A DNA stretch of 64,000 bases from an uncultured Methanoregulaceae archaeon. Its GTDB lineage: Archaea > Halobacteriota > Methanomicrobia > Methanomicrobiales > Methanospirillaceae. The stretch covers positions 160,001 through 224,000 of the forward strand of contig CAWJAX010000005.1 of assembly GCA_963841015.1 (NCBI GenBank), read 5' to 3'. Below the pieces are notes generated by a model. That model searched no databases and was not told the origin of the DNA. It worked only from the letters and a program-made list of their open reading frames with translations. Shown one piece after another: positions 1-10,167 of this stretch; position 1 is the stretch's first letter; every line of letters starts with the position of its first letter. The position numbers were made by a program, and so were the translations under genes.

Positions 1-327
1 ACCAATGATCGCAGCGCCGAATCGTGTGCAACAATCCTGTGCACCCTGCATGATCCCGGCCAGCTTCTGCCATGTATCAAGCCCGACAGCAATCAGGAGA
101 TATTTCGGCTCCGCCCCCATACTCGCAATGTCAGAAAGCGTAACCGCTGCACTCATCCAGCCAATCTGCCAGTCGCTCATCCCTTCAACAAAGTCGGTTG
201 TACGGTGGAGCATGTCGGTTGTCACCACCATAACCTGATCACCACAGGTTACTTCGGCACAATCATCCAGGCATTTCTCTTTCCCGACAATTCCCATCAC
301 GATGTTTAAGAGTTCACGGTCATCCAC
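1..327 (-). CDS. thiL: Thiamine-monophosphate kinase, N-terminal part; runs off the window edge and is not in the ORF track
   Basis: Manual translation from GTG at 327 (GGAGGTG upstream): MDDRELLNIVMGIVGKEKCLDDCA...VVTTDMLHRTTDF...IGWMSAAVTLSDIASMGAEP, with ThiL motifs DDCA, TTD and SDIAxMG. Confidence 0.9.
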   Translation of the reverse strand, partial: MDDRELLNIVMGIVGKEKCLDDCAEVTCGDQVMVVTTDMLHRTTDFVEGMSDWQIGWMSAAVTLSDIASMGAEPKYLLIAVGLDTWQKLAGIMQGAQDCCTRFGAAIIG

Positions 328-2284
328 TCTTACGCACCTCCTTACCCCGTTCGCTCTTATACTCTTTGAAGATGTGCTCGATCATTTCAGATTTCTTTTC
401 CCTTTCATGCTGATCCTGCATTTCCTGCCAGACTATAAGAGCGGCTTTTAGCATTTCCTTCCCACAGAGCCCCCGATTTCCCCGAACCTGAACACCGGCA
501 TCCTTATCAGAAATTAGGGGGATGCCCATTTCCCGGAATATCGGAAGCATCCGGGGATCACTTTCTGCAAGTACCGCTTCACTGGTAACAACCGCTTTTA
601 TCCGGATTCCAGCGAGATCCTTAACCACACTTTTTCCCCAGCCATCAAGCCGGGTCACAAAGATAATATCTCCTTCTTCTATCCCAACCTCCTCAATGAG
701 CCGGCGAAATCCTTCTTTTGTCAGAGCCTCCATCACTTTCACCGGCAGCACTTCACCATCCATTGAGAGCTCAGCAAACTGTTTTATGCGTACGATGCGT
801 TTGGAAAGATTCCTGTTATGCCGTTCCTCCTTTCGCAGTCGCTTTTTTAAGCTCTGTATAACGACATCTTTTTTTATCACTTCAGTATCCTTTGCAATCT
901 TTGCATCCTGAGACGTGTGGATCTTCCGGAGGCGGGCCTGAAGCCTCTGGATTTCATAATCCTTCTCCTTGACTTCTTCCTGCAACTCTCCAACAAAAGT
1001 ACGCAGGCGTTTCACCATCCCGTCAAGCACCCTTACCTTCTCATCATGTTTTACTTCCACCGGGACCACAGGTGCATCTATTGATGGCATCGGCGTTATG
1101 GTGTTCATATCACCGATTACCTGATCGAGTGACTGCCCTCTGATAACCCGTGCCCGTACTTCGTCAAGATCATGTCCCGGGGGAATTCGCTTCAGTAAGT
1201 TCTGGAACTTATGCCGGTACTGGCGATGCGCATCAAGCGCAGCAGAAAGAGCATCACGTTCATGATCGTTTCCATACGGAAAGGCTGCGGTAAGTTCTAC
1301 CTTTGTCTCAACACTCACATCCTGTTTTGGGGTATAGGCAACAGCAGAAAACGCCCGCCGGATCTTCTCTACAGAATGGGGCATTTCCTGCACATCTGAT
1401 GCAATAATGAGCGGTTTTCCTACGCGGCAGAGTGACTCAACGACATCTCCCATATTCATCTGCCGGGAACTTGCAAGATGAAGCAGGTTACCATCGAGAT
1501 CAAGAGCGGCGACCGCTGTAGTCGTACCAGGATCAATTCCTACAATCAGGTACCGCGGTTTACCCGAGAGAGGTCGGAACCGGATCCTCTCGAGGCGTTT
1601 CCCACTGATTCGAACCTGCACATCGGAGCCACGGTACGTTGAAATTGGGACTTGATCTCTTGTTGCAAAGATCCGGAATGCCACCCTGCTGCACCCGCCA
1701 AATGCCCGGGTCTCTTTTTTCTCGTACCGGAGCCCTGCTGCGACAAGAGCCATCTCAATCTCTCGCCCTTTCAACTGCACAGCACCATGGATCTTTCGCA
1801 CGTAACGATTCTGGCTCCACCCGCCTTTTCCCAGGGACCGGTGCCGGCTTACTACTACTTCGCTTTCGTTTTCAAATGCGATGACCTCTGCTCCTGCACC
1901 AAGAGAAGCCACGTGTGCAGCAGTGCGGGCTTCAGCAAACGGATCAAACCTGTTGAAGCTGATGTTGTACCGGGCAGCAACCTTACCGAGCGTCTCCTTA
2001 CGTTCCCCTCCGGTTACCTGAACAAGCCGGGTCTGCGGAGGCAAAGCCTGTAAAAAGAAAAAAAGATCGTGCTGGTCTGCGGCGATTTCCTGAAGGCTGT
2101 CTACCGCAAGTATATCGGGTTGTTCTTCATTGAGCATGCGAAAGAGCCGGAACATCGAGACCTCCGACTCGCTGTCAATATTCTGTCCCTCCATCCGCAC
2201 AAGAGCATACATTGGCCGCCGGGACCGTGACCTCACCGAACCTTTGATGATATCAATACCAAAGACCCTTAATCGATCACGCAT
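320..2284 (-). CDS. DUF460 domain protein (RNase H-like domain plus coiled coil)
   Basis: IVGIDPGTTTAVA and NDHERDAL motifs, long coiled coil, 654 aa. Confidence 0.85.
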   Translation of the reverse strand: MRDRLRVFGIDIIKGSVRSRSRRPMYALVRMEGQNIDSESEVSMFRLFRMLNEEQPDILAVDSLQEIAADQHDLFFFLQALPPQTRLVQVTGGERKETLGKVAARYNISFNRFDPFAEARTAAHVASLGAGAEVIAFENESEVVVSRHRSLGKGGWSQNRYVRKIHGAVQLKGREIEMALVAAGLRYEKKETRAFGGCSRVAFRIFATRDQVPISTYRGSDVQVRISGKRLERIRFRPLSGKPRYLIVGIDPGTTTAVAALDLDGNLLHLASSRQMNMGDVVESLCRVGKPLIIASDVQEMPHSVEKIRRAFSAVAYTPKQDVSVETKVELTAAFPYGNDHERDALSAALDAHRQYRHKFQNLLKRIPPGHDLDEVRARVIRGQSLDQVIGDMNTITPMPSIDAPVVPVEVKHDEKVRVLDGMVKRLRTFVGELQEEVKEKDYEIQRLQARLRKIHTSQDAKIAKDTEVIKKDVVIQSLKKRLRKEERHNRNLSKRIVRIKQFAELSMDGEVLPVKVMEALTKEGFRRLIEEVGIEEGDIIFVTRLDGWGKSVVKDLAGIRIKAVVTSEAVLAESDPRMLPIFREMGIPLISDKDAGVQVRGNRGLCGKEMLKAALIVWQEMQDQHEREKKSEMIEHIFKEYKSERGKEVRKSG

Positions 2285-3126
2285 CGTATCGCATCCCCGC
2301 GATCATACTTGACATTGTATTTACGTTTAAAAAACGTGAGGATATTATCGACGTCACGCTCCAGCATTGACGCAGCATTCGGGTGTGTGGTTCCTACCCA
2401 CTGTGGCCAGTCAATGATAACGCACCTCCCCTCCTCCATGAGGATGTTATATTCTGAAAGGTCGCCGTGGATAATTCCTTCTCGATAGGCAATGCCAGCA
2501 TTTGTAAGGATCTCATCAAGCACCTCTTCTGGCTCTTCAACCCGGCAATGATTCAGATTTGGACCGGTTATCAATGCCATCACAACCGTATGACGGTTTT
2601 GTCCGATGGGGAGGGGTACAGTGACTTTCGGGTGCAGGGCAGTGAGTGCCTGGTATTCCCGTTCTGCCGATCTCCGGGAAGCAATCAGCCAGGGACAGTG
2701 ACCTTCCTCAGGCATGTAATCACGGTTGACACGTGCTGATGAGAATGAACGCCCCCCAACCCGGTGAAACTTGATAGCAACCGGGCCAAGCCCCAGAGCT
2801 TCATATACTACGGACTCCTTTCCCTCGCCAATCTTCGATCCGAGAGCCGATATCGTTCCGTTCCGGGTGAGGGTCATGAGCGCAAGCGTGTCGTAACCAC
2901 CAAAAACAAGAGCATATCCATCGTAGGGCACGGGATTGAACCGGACCATGCCCCATTCGATCAGACGGGCGAGGCGATAGTTGACTTCGGATTCTGAAAG
3001 TCTGGTAGTGATTTTGATCTGTTCCAGCGGCACCCATGCGTAGTGTTTCATCCCACGTTCAAGCGCGTTGAGGATGGATTTTTCATATTTGTTCAGGGTG
3101 CGGATATGCTCCGCGGCGACGACCAT
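2269..3126 (-). CDS. rio2: RIO2-type serine/threonine kinase
   Basis: N-terminal winged helix, GEGKESVVY, KFHR, IHGDLSEYNI, IIDWPQ. Confidence 0.92.
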   Translation of the reverse strand: MVVAAEHIRTLNKYEKSILNALERGMKHYAWVPLEQIKITTRLSESEVNYRLARLIEWGMVRFNPVPYDGYALVFGGYDTLALMTLTRNGTISALGSKIGEGKESVVYEALGLGPVAIKFHRVGGRSFSSARVNRDYMPEEGHCPWLIASRRSAEREYQALTALHPKVTVPLPIGQNRHTVVMALITGPNLNHCRVEEPEEVLDEILTNAGIAYREGIIHGDLSEYNILMEEGRCVIIDWPQWVGTTHPNAASMLERDVDNILTFFKRKYNVKYDRGDAIRCVID

Positions 3127-3244
3127 AATCGTTAGAGTGGTTATGTGTAAGACTATAAAATCACATCTTTCGATGTCGTATCAAAAAGCAACCAGCGCAA
3201 CCTTAAACATCTTTTATCGTCCAGATAAAAAATGGATTTGACGA

Positions 3245-4138
3245 ATGCAGTGCAACAAGTGCAGGAGGAACGCGATACTTTTTCAGGAATACTCCGGGCT
3301 GCACCTTTGCAAACAACATTTTGAAGCTGATGTTGAGGTAAAAGCCAAGCATGAAATCCGCAGGCACCGGTGGATTATACCTGGCGATCATATCGCTGTA
3401 GCCCTCTCCGGTGACAAAAGCAGTGCTGCACTCCTGTATTTTTTAAAAAAACTTACATCAAATCGTCGCGATATTACCATTTCTGCAATTTCAATCGATG
3501 AAGGAATCACGGGATATCGTGATCCGGAAACTGCGATGCGGATCGCTGAACTGCTGGACACGGAATGCATTATGGGATCTTTTAAGGAAAACTTTGGGAC
3601 TACCGTTGATGAGATCTCAACAATAAAAGGCACCCTTTCCTGCACGTATTGCCGCGTTCTTCGGAATTTCCTGCTGAACCAGATTGCCAAAAAACACGGG
3701 ATAACAAAACTTGCTTTGAGCCAGACTCTGGATGAGCGGGGAGTGTCGGTGCTGAAGAATCTACTCCAGGGGATTCCTGAGATTCTGGTGAATTCAGAGC
3801 GAGAGGCCCGAGGAAAAATTCCCCGGATCCGGCCGTTCATCTCTGTTCCTCACAAAGAAGTGGCACTCTATGCAGATCTTCATGTCAAAGGGAGTGATCG
3901 ATCCCTGTGTCGTTATAATTACAAACCATTTGACAAGGATGTGCAGGCAATGCTGAATGAATTCACCATTCGTCACCCGGCAACAAAATATGCTGTCATG
4001 AACCTGGGGGAAAAACTGGCTGGTGCATGTGTGTCCATGGCAGATTCAATTTCTTCCTGTGAGCAGTGCGGTGAATCAATATCTGGCATATGCCAGAGCT
4101 GCCGGATAATCAATGAGGTGACTGCAAATGGCACTTAG
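3245..4138 (+). CDS. TtcA/Ncs6(TtuA)-like tRNA thiolation family protein with degenerate PP-loop
   Basis: N-terminal CxxC...CxxH, SGDKSS (canonical SGGKDS), CTYC, RIRPF, C-terminal CxxC..CxxC. Confidence 0.75.
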   Translation: MQCNKCRRNAILFQEYSGLHLCKQHFEADVEVKAKHEIRRHRWIIPGDHIAVALSGDKSSAALLYFLKKLTSNRRDITISAISIDEGITGYRDPETAMRIAELLDTECIMGSFKENFGTTVDEISTIKGTLSCTYCRVLRNFLLNQIAKKHGITKLALSQTLDERGVSVLKNLLQGIPEILVNSEREARGKIPRIRPFISVPHKEVALYADLHVKGSDRSLCRYNYKPFDKDVQAMLNEFTIRHPATKYAVMNLGEKLAGACVSMADSISSCEQCGESISGICQSCRIINEVTANGT

Positions 4139-5835
4139 GCGGGGACGGGTATGGAGGGCGATCCGGAATTCTCCCGGCATACAAATCTCCATCTATTTTT
4201 TGGCGTTTGCCCTGCTGATAGGTCTCAATACCTATTTATTTTACTCCTACTACCCTCTGCTGGAGAGCAAACCCCTTTCGTGGTCTGAATCACTTCTGTT
4301 TGTCGTTGAATCCATGACAACGGTCGGATATGGCGAGTTGTTACCCTTCTCCAGCGAAATTACCCGATTTCTGGTTATCCAGATCATACTGTCCGGCGTA
4401 ATCATGATCTTCGTTGTTATCCCGCTTCTTCTTGCCCCTTTCCTTACTACCCTTCTTGCTCCCGCTCCCCCACGAAGAACCCCTCACCGCCTTTCCGGAC
4501 ATACCATCATCATGGGTTACAACAAGCTCTACCAGTTCGGTTATTGACAGTCTCGGCATCTCTGACCAGGATATTGTGATTATTGAACAGGATAAAGGAA
4601 AAGCCCTTGAAATTGCCACACGTTACCGTAAACATGCCTATGTGATCTGGGGGGATTATACTGATCCTGAAACATGGTCGGCAGCACATATAACGGGAGC
4701 ACTTTTTGTTGTTATCTGTTTGGATGAGCGGCAGACCGCCAATATCGTTCTTGGTATACGTGAACAGGTAAAAGGAAAGATAATTTCAGTGGTAGACAAG
4801 CTCTCTTTTGACCGGTACCTCCGATTTGCTGGTGCGGATTATGTGCTATCTCCCAAACACACTACGGGAAAGCTTTTGGCACGCCATGCCATCTTCAAGC
4901 CGGGAGGGGATAGCGAACAGGCTATTCCCGGGCTGAACAGGATTACCCTCGATCTTCAGCATGACGGGGGTCAGGAACTCAGGCTTATCAACATCCCCCT
5001 GGTCTTCGGCTGCAATGCTGCGTTTAAATCCCTGAAAGAACTTCATCTTTTTGAGCGGTTCGGTATCATTATCCCGTTTCTCTGGAAGGCAGGAAAATTC
5101 ATTCCCTCTCCTGATGAGGATATTGTCGTCGACAACACTACATCATTGTTCCTTTTTGGCAGGACTGAAGCCATAGTCGCCACGCTCAAGGAGGAGTTCA
5201 ACACAGACGAGTGTACAGATGCTTTGGCAGTTATCGCCGGTTTTGGGGATGTTGGTGCAGGTGCATACCAGAAACTTTCGGAATCCGGTGTTTCATGCAT
5301 CGTGGTCGATTCAAAAAAACAGGAAGTGGAGCAGGTTATCGGCAATGCTGAAGATGAGGATGTGCTAAAAAAAGCCTCCATCGAAGAGGCACGGTTTTGT
5401 ATTGTTGCTTTGAACGACGACGATGTCAATATATTTACCACACTCATGGCCCGGAACCTGAACCCGGTTATCCGGATCCTTGCACGGGCAAATGAGCCGG
5501 CATCCGTTGAGAAACTATACCGGGCGGGTGCTGATTATGTTGCTCTCCTTCCCAGGATCGGGGGGCAGACGATTGCCAGGATCATTCTTTCTGACACAAT
5601 AACCATACTTCTTGAACTGCCAAACAATGATCTGGTAATCCTTAACCATGTCCGAACCATCTATCCGAAACCGGTGAGCTGGTTTATCAGGAAAACCGGT
5701 GTCCGTATCATCGGTATCGAGAAACCAGGATCTTCTGTTGTTGCCCCTGGTCCGGAGGAGATTCTGACGGAGGGTGATGCTGTCGTAGCTGTAGGAAATA
5801 TCGAACAATTGAAAAAGTTCATCCGACTACTCTAA
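4128..5835 (+). CDS. Potassium channel (2TM pore plus tandem TrkA-N/TrkA-C RCK domains), split by a +1 frameshift near 4530
   Basis: TTVGYG filter in ORF 4128-4547 and RCK domains in ORF 4414-5835. Removing one base in aagctc(t)accagt gives MGYNKLTSSVIDSL in one frame. Confidence 0.85.
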
Positions 5836-5849
5836 GCGGGGTGAGGGTT

Positions 5850-6605
5850 ATGGTAACTGAACTCGGGTGCAGGATGGGGCAGGTAGAACAGATGATCCGG
5901 TACGCATACTGGACCAGCGGGTGCAGGGGAATTGTTGTGGGACTGAGCGGGGGTGTTGATTCAGCGGTTGCAGCAGCGTTCTGCTGCCGGGCAATCGGCG
6001 GCGATAAAGTGCTGGGACTCTCCCTTCCCTCCACGATAAGCAACCCGGCAGATATCAAAGATGCTGCAGCGCTCTGTGAGCAGATGGGGATGATTCACCA
6101 TGTAATAAGCATAGAACCCATGCTTGAAGGATTCAGAACCATGCCGGAATTTAAAGAGTCCCGATACCTGCTCGGCAATCTGATGGCGCGAACCCGTATG
6201 GCTGTTCTGTATTATCACGCCAACCGTGACCAGAAAATAGTCTGTGGTACCTCAAACAGGAGTGAATTTATGCTCGGTTACTGCACAAAGTATGGCGATA
6301 ATGCGGCAGACCTCCAGCCTTTGCTGCACCTGTATAAAACTGAAGTCTATGAATATGCCAATGAACTTGGAATTCCCGAACCAATTATTAAAAAGGCACC
6401 CTCCGCTGGTCTGTGGGAGGGACAGCGCGATGAAGAAGAGATCGGTCTTTCCTATGCAGAAATTGATCATTCACTCCAGGCACTTGAGCTGAAGGGCTGG
6501 ATTGCAGCAACACCCACCGAAGAAAAGGTGCTCGGGCTCGTGAAAAAAAGTGAACACAAAAGAATTCCGGCACCTAACCTTTTAGCAGTACAGAAAATAC
6601 CGTAA
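5850..6605 (+). CDS. nadE: NH3-dependent NAD+ synthetase
   Basis: GLSGGVDS, GNLMARTRM, GTSNRSE, TKYGD, PSAGLW. Confidence 0.95.
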   Translation: MVTELGCRMGQVEQMIRYAYWTSGCRGIVVGLSGGVDSAVAAAFCCRAIGGDKVLGLSLPSTISNPADIKDAAALCEQMGMIHHVISIEPMLEGFRTMPEFKESRYLLGNLMARTRMAVLYYHANRDQKIVCGTSNRSEFMLGYCTKYGDNAADLQPLLHLYKTEVYEYANELGIPEPIIKKAPSAGLWEGQRDEEEIGLSYAEIDHSLQALELKGWIAATPTEEKVLGLVKKSEHKRIPAPNLLAVQKIP

Positions 6606-7284
6606 GGAATTTTTCCGGGAAGTTGAGGAATGCGAGTGCATCATCGTTCCCGATCAGGTTATACAGGGGTGCCTTGCATATCCGGTGAGTCCCCATCCCG
6701 CAGCTTGCCCCGATATACCTTATTGGGGGACAAACGGGATAATGGGAATTTTTGTGCATCTTCCCGGAACTCATCTCATAATAAGCAGCACCATGATATT
6801 TTTCATACTCACCATACTCGCTTTGGAATGCCGTTGAGACAATATTTGCCATAGTGAGGGTTGTATCCGGAGACGGGTTGATGGATATATGCCCGTAGTC
6901 CGGCGGGATTATCACAAGATCACCGGCTCGTGCAGAGATCATCACCGCATCATCAAGTGTCTGTGACTGGAGAAGGTAATGTGCCTGACCTTCAATGACT
7001 TCATAGATCTCCGGATAACCGATCCCTGCTGGGTTCTTCGGATGATAGTGCCCTTTGGTCTTTACCCATTCCCCACAGAGAGTCCGTGAAGGAATGACCG
7101 TAAGATCGTAACGCAGGTTGTGGTGGTGTAGCCACCTCCAGTCTGCATCCGATTTTGCGAGGTCCCGGTACATATAATAGAGGACACCGCTGCTCTCACA
7201 CGAAGGAACGGCAAGGACAGAACGCATCTCCTCAATAGTCCGAACCGCGGGCTGAGGCAGCTCGCCTTCCCATCCAAGCATCAC
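6574..7284 (-). CDS. pgi: Cupin-type glucose-6-phosphate isomerase (archaeal)
   Basis: KTKGHYH, YPEIYEV, IPPDYGH cupin metal ligands. Confidence 0.88.
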   Translation of the reverse strand: MMLGWEGELPQPAVRTIEEMRSVLAVPSCESSGVLYYMYRDLAKSDADWRWLHHHNLRYDLTVIPSRTLCGEWVKTKGHYHPKNPAGIGYPEIYEVIEGQAHYLLQSQTLDDAVMISARAGDLVIIPPDYGHISINPSPDTTLTMANIVSTAFQSEYGEYEKYHGAAYYEMSSGKMHKNSHYPVCPPIRYIGASCGMGTHRICKAPLYNLIGNDDALAFLNFPEKFLTVFSVLLKG

Positions 7285-7332
7285 TTCTTCTTTCGCATTA
7301 CAAGTAAATAATACCCGGCGCCGATTCTATCA

Positions 7333-7473
7333 GGATGTTAACTACCCTTACAGCCAGACCTGTATCTTTTGCAAATAGCGACCGCAGCCGGGTCTGCCTT
7401 TTAACATCCACGGTGCTCCGCAATACTCGCTGGCACCCCGATAGCGTTGCCGATATCAGGGGGCTCTTGCCAG
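7333..7473. ncRNA. Candidate structured non-coding RNA or element (two hairpins)
   Basis: GGATGTTAA(7333-41)/TTAACATCC(7401-09); CAGACC(7355-60)/GGTCTG(7391-96); CTGGCA(7430-35)/TGCCAG(7468-73); CCCCGATA/TATC-A-GGGG. GC-rich patch in an AT-rich intergenic region. Confidence 0.4.
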
Positions 7474-7545
7474 GATAAGTCAAAAAGATCTCAAAGAACA
7501 AGAAAAACAATTATCGGTTTTAGAAAGATTTCATAAATGCCCACT

Positions 7546-7567
7546 TGTTGTTATTATTATAACAACA
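7546..7567. promoter_or_regulatory. Perfect inverted repeat, candidate operator next to the trmB TATA-like box
   Basis: TGTTGTTAT-TATT-ATAACAACA directly followed by TTTAATATTA, about 30 bp before the trmB ATG. Confidence 0.55.
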
Positions 7568-7599
7568 TTTAATATTACAGGATATAAAGGGATGTTTCG

Positions 7600-8379
7600 A
7601 TGAAATTGCCGTCAGAAAATTCAGTTCGTGTTATTGAATGTCTCAAATCACTCGGTCTGACAAAGTATGAAGCACTCGTCTATATTGCACTCCTGAAACT
7701 GGAAAGTGCCACGGCAAGCGAGATTCATGAGATCTCCGGGGTTCCACGCGCATCGGTTTATACGGTTGTTGATCAGCTTCTTGATAAAGGACTTGTGTCA
7801 GTCTCTCAGTCTGCACCCAAACGATTTGCTTCCTTTTCCCCTGAAGACTCCATTTCCAAACTGATGGAACATATTGAACGGGATGCACAATTTGCACGTG
7901 ATTCCTTGTCGAAGATATACAGGGAACGGACAGGCCCGGGTTCGTCGGGTGAGGAACTCATCTGGAATATCTACGGTGTTGAAAATATCAAAAAAAAATT
8001 CACTGATACCATTTCCCGTGCAAAGCATGAGATCAGAATTATTGCTCACCCCCAGTTTTTATCTCCTGATATTCAGGATAAACTCATCTCCTCGGCACAT
8101 CATATCAAAGTCGAAATTATCACACCTCAATGGGCTGCAGAGATACCCAAAAAAATGAAAGTATATGTCTTAAAACATCCTGAAATCCCAAAAGAGCTTG
8201 ACAAAGCAAAAGATATGATGGCCGGCGGGGTCTGTATTATTGACAATCGGAGCGTAATGGTTATCGTCGGTGTTGGGGAGGAAGATGCAGTTGCACTGTT
8301 TTCAGAATCCGAAGGATTCGTCCGTTTCTTTGTGCGATATTATAACCTGATCTTCGACTGGGCAAAAAAAACCGGATGA
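7600..8379 (+). CDS. TrmB family transcriptional regulator
   Basis: LGLTKYEA..Y..LL...ATASEI...SGVPRASVY winged HTH plus C-terminal effector domain. Confidence 0.92.
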   Translation: MKLPSENSVRVIECLKSLGLTKYEALVYIALLKLESATASEIHEISGVPRASVYTVVDQLLDKGLVSVSQSAPKRFASFSPEDSISKLMEHIERDAQFARDSLSKIYRERTGPGSSGEELIWNIYGVENIKKKFTDTISRAKHEIRIIAHPQFLSPDIQDKLISSAHHIKVEIITPQWAAEIPKKMKVYVLKHPEIPKELDKAKDMMAGGVCIIDNRSVMVIVGVGEEDAVALFSESEGFVRFFVRYYNLIFDWAKKTG

Positions 8380-8391
8380 AAAAAAATCTTT

Positions 8392-9156
8392 TTAGTAATC
8401 CCTGATCTCATCCATCTGTGAAATTTCCATCAGTCCCTTCATTGCCTGAGTCTGCACCCAGCGACCACCCTCTCGTATTGCGGCCATCGGATTTGTGCCA
8501 CCAACAGCTGCCATTGCAATGAACTGCGGACTTACCGGAACACCGAGCAGAGGCAGGTTCGGCATACCCAGCTCGAGAATACCGGTGAGGCTGCTGCCTG
8601 AAAGCTCGTCAAGCACTAAGCCAACCTGATGTTCAGCTTCCATATGAAACTCCCTGATATTTGCCAGGATTGCCCCGCTTCCCGTGCGCATTACGCTGGT
8701 AATAGAGGTTGTTTTCTGGGAAAAGAGCACCTGAAGAGGATCGATAGTTGTATGTTCATACAGGATGATGTGGGTAAACCGCATGGGTGTACGTTTTTCT
8801 ATCTCGACAATTCCCCCACCAATAGGAGTGATCGGAATTCCCCGGCGGATAAGAAGACCATCAAATGTTATACTGCAGATTGTACAGATTCCGGTGAATC
8901 CTTTAGGCACCGTATAACCAGCGATTTTCTCACCGGAAGGGAGGAATCTGACACGACCACTCACCGTTACACCGGTCTTATATGCATCTTTAAGCGTGGA
9001 GATTGCAAAGTCGAGATCTTCGTTTTTAATCAGCGATAAGTTATAAACAACGTTACCTTCTCCCGAAACCGGATCAAAAGTCACCTGCATGGCAAAATCT
9101 TCAATGCTATGGTTGACGAACTTGAGCGGAACGGTCATTACAATAATTTCAGACAT
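8392..9156 (-). CDS. NrpR regulatory-domain protein lacking the wHTH (DUF128, NrpRII-like)
   Basis: TICSITFDGLL, YEHTTIDPL, ANIREF, VGGTNPMAA. Confidence 0.8.
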   Translation of the reverse strand: MSEIIVMTVPLKFVNHSIEDFAMQVTFDPVSGEGNVVYNLSLIKNEDLDFAISTLKDAYKTGVTVSGRVRFLPSGEKIAGYTVPKGFTGICTICSITFDGLLIRRGIPITPIGGGIVEIEKRTPMRFTHIILYEHTTIDPLQVLFSQKTTSITSVMRTGSGAILANIREFHMEAEHQVGLVLDELSGSSLTGILELGMPNLPLLGVPVSPQFIAMAAVGGTNPMAAIREGGRWVQTQAMKGLMEISQMDEIRDY

Positions 9157-9198
9157 CGCAATAGAAAAATTGTTCTATAAGACCATGGCAATTTATTT

Positions 9199-10167
9199 AT
9201 GATGGAACACGACATGCGGGAAAAAGCCAAGAATGCGATGCGTCTCATTCTTGAGGCAGCCCGTTTTGAGGTCGAAGAGGTTGATGACCCCCTTGATCTT
9301 TCTGCGGTACGGGACAGCACCTGCCTTCTGGTACTCTGTTCAAACGACAGTGACCTTATCGGGCAGTTTGATAAAACAAATTACAATCTGATGATCGACG
9401 ATCATGAGATGAACTGCAAGAAACTCCTCTTTTCCATAGATAAAGAAATTGTAACCGAGAATTGCATCCGCTGGGGGGTCGACGAATTTGTACGGTTTAC
9501 CGGGGAGGCTGTGCTGGCCGACATTCTTAACCGCGAACTGGCACTGGATCTCACACCATCAAAAGGAAAGAAAACATCTGTCATACCTACATCAACCGGG
9601 CAGGAAATATCCAGGAAAGAGGAGTCCTCTGGCATCACCATTCCGCATTACCCGGTTAAAATAACCGAACAGGCAGCAATGCGAACCGGGGGAGTTCAGG
9701 GAACTGCAAAACTCCGCTTCATACCCTATTACCTTTTTCACTACACCAGCAGTGGCGAACAGGTCTACAAGGAACGGCGTATTCCCTTCGATGCTGACGG
9801 GTGGGGTGCAATTAATGCAATCAACGGTATAAAAATCGACCTTGATGATAAGTTAGTTGAGGAAACGGAGATTCCGGTAGGCGCCGAAGTTTCTGATCCC
9901 CATATCCGGAAAGATGAGGCAACAGAGCGAATTGTTAATGAGCTGATCGATCGGCTTACCCAGAAAGTGCGCATCAAGCAGGAAAAAGGGGATGCAATCT
10001 TTTACGAAGAAAAGATCCTCAAACCCGATAAGAAAAATATCTCTGTTGATACAAGGCAGGTCTATATCCCGATCTGGCAGATACGGGGCAAAAAGATTGT
10101 CGAGATTAATGCTTTTACGGGAGAACTGCTTTCAGAGCCAATGGATGAGGGCGTCGAAATATTTTAA
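9199..10167 (+). CDS. Conserved hypothetical protein
   Basis: 322-aa ORF; C-terminal VYIPIW...VEINAFTGE motif. Confidence 0.7.
   Translation: MMEHDMREKAKNAMRLILEAARFEVEEVDDPLDLSAVRDSTCLLVLCSNDSDLIGQFDKTNYNLMIDDHEMNCKKLLFSIDKEIVTENCIRWGVDEFVRFTGEAVLADILNRELALDLTPSKGKKTSVIPTSTGQEISRKEESSGITIPHYPVKITEQAAMRTGGVQGTAKLRFIPYYLFHYTSSGEQVYKERRIPFDADGWGAINAINGIKIDLDDKLVEETEIPVGAEVSDPHIRKDEATERIVNELIDRLTQKVRIKQEKGDAIFYEEKILKPDKKNISVDTRQVYIPIWQIRGKKIVEINAFTGELLSEPMDEGVEIF

Noticed and set aside
7420-7480. SAM-I riboswitch-like words on the minus strand (CTTATC, AAGAG, GGCAAC, GGTGCC)
   Set aside because: No P2 kink-turn/pseudoknot or P1 3' strand is recognisable, a stronger alternative hairpin uses the same bases, and the downstream gene is unrelated to sulfur metabolism.
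7298-7510. 70-aa ORF across the structured intergenic region
   Set aside because: No RBS or motif and atypical composition; it cannot be supported as a gene.
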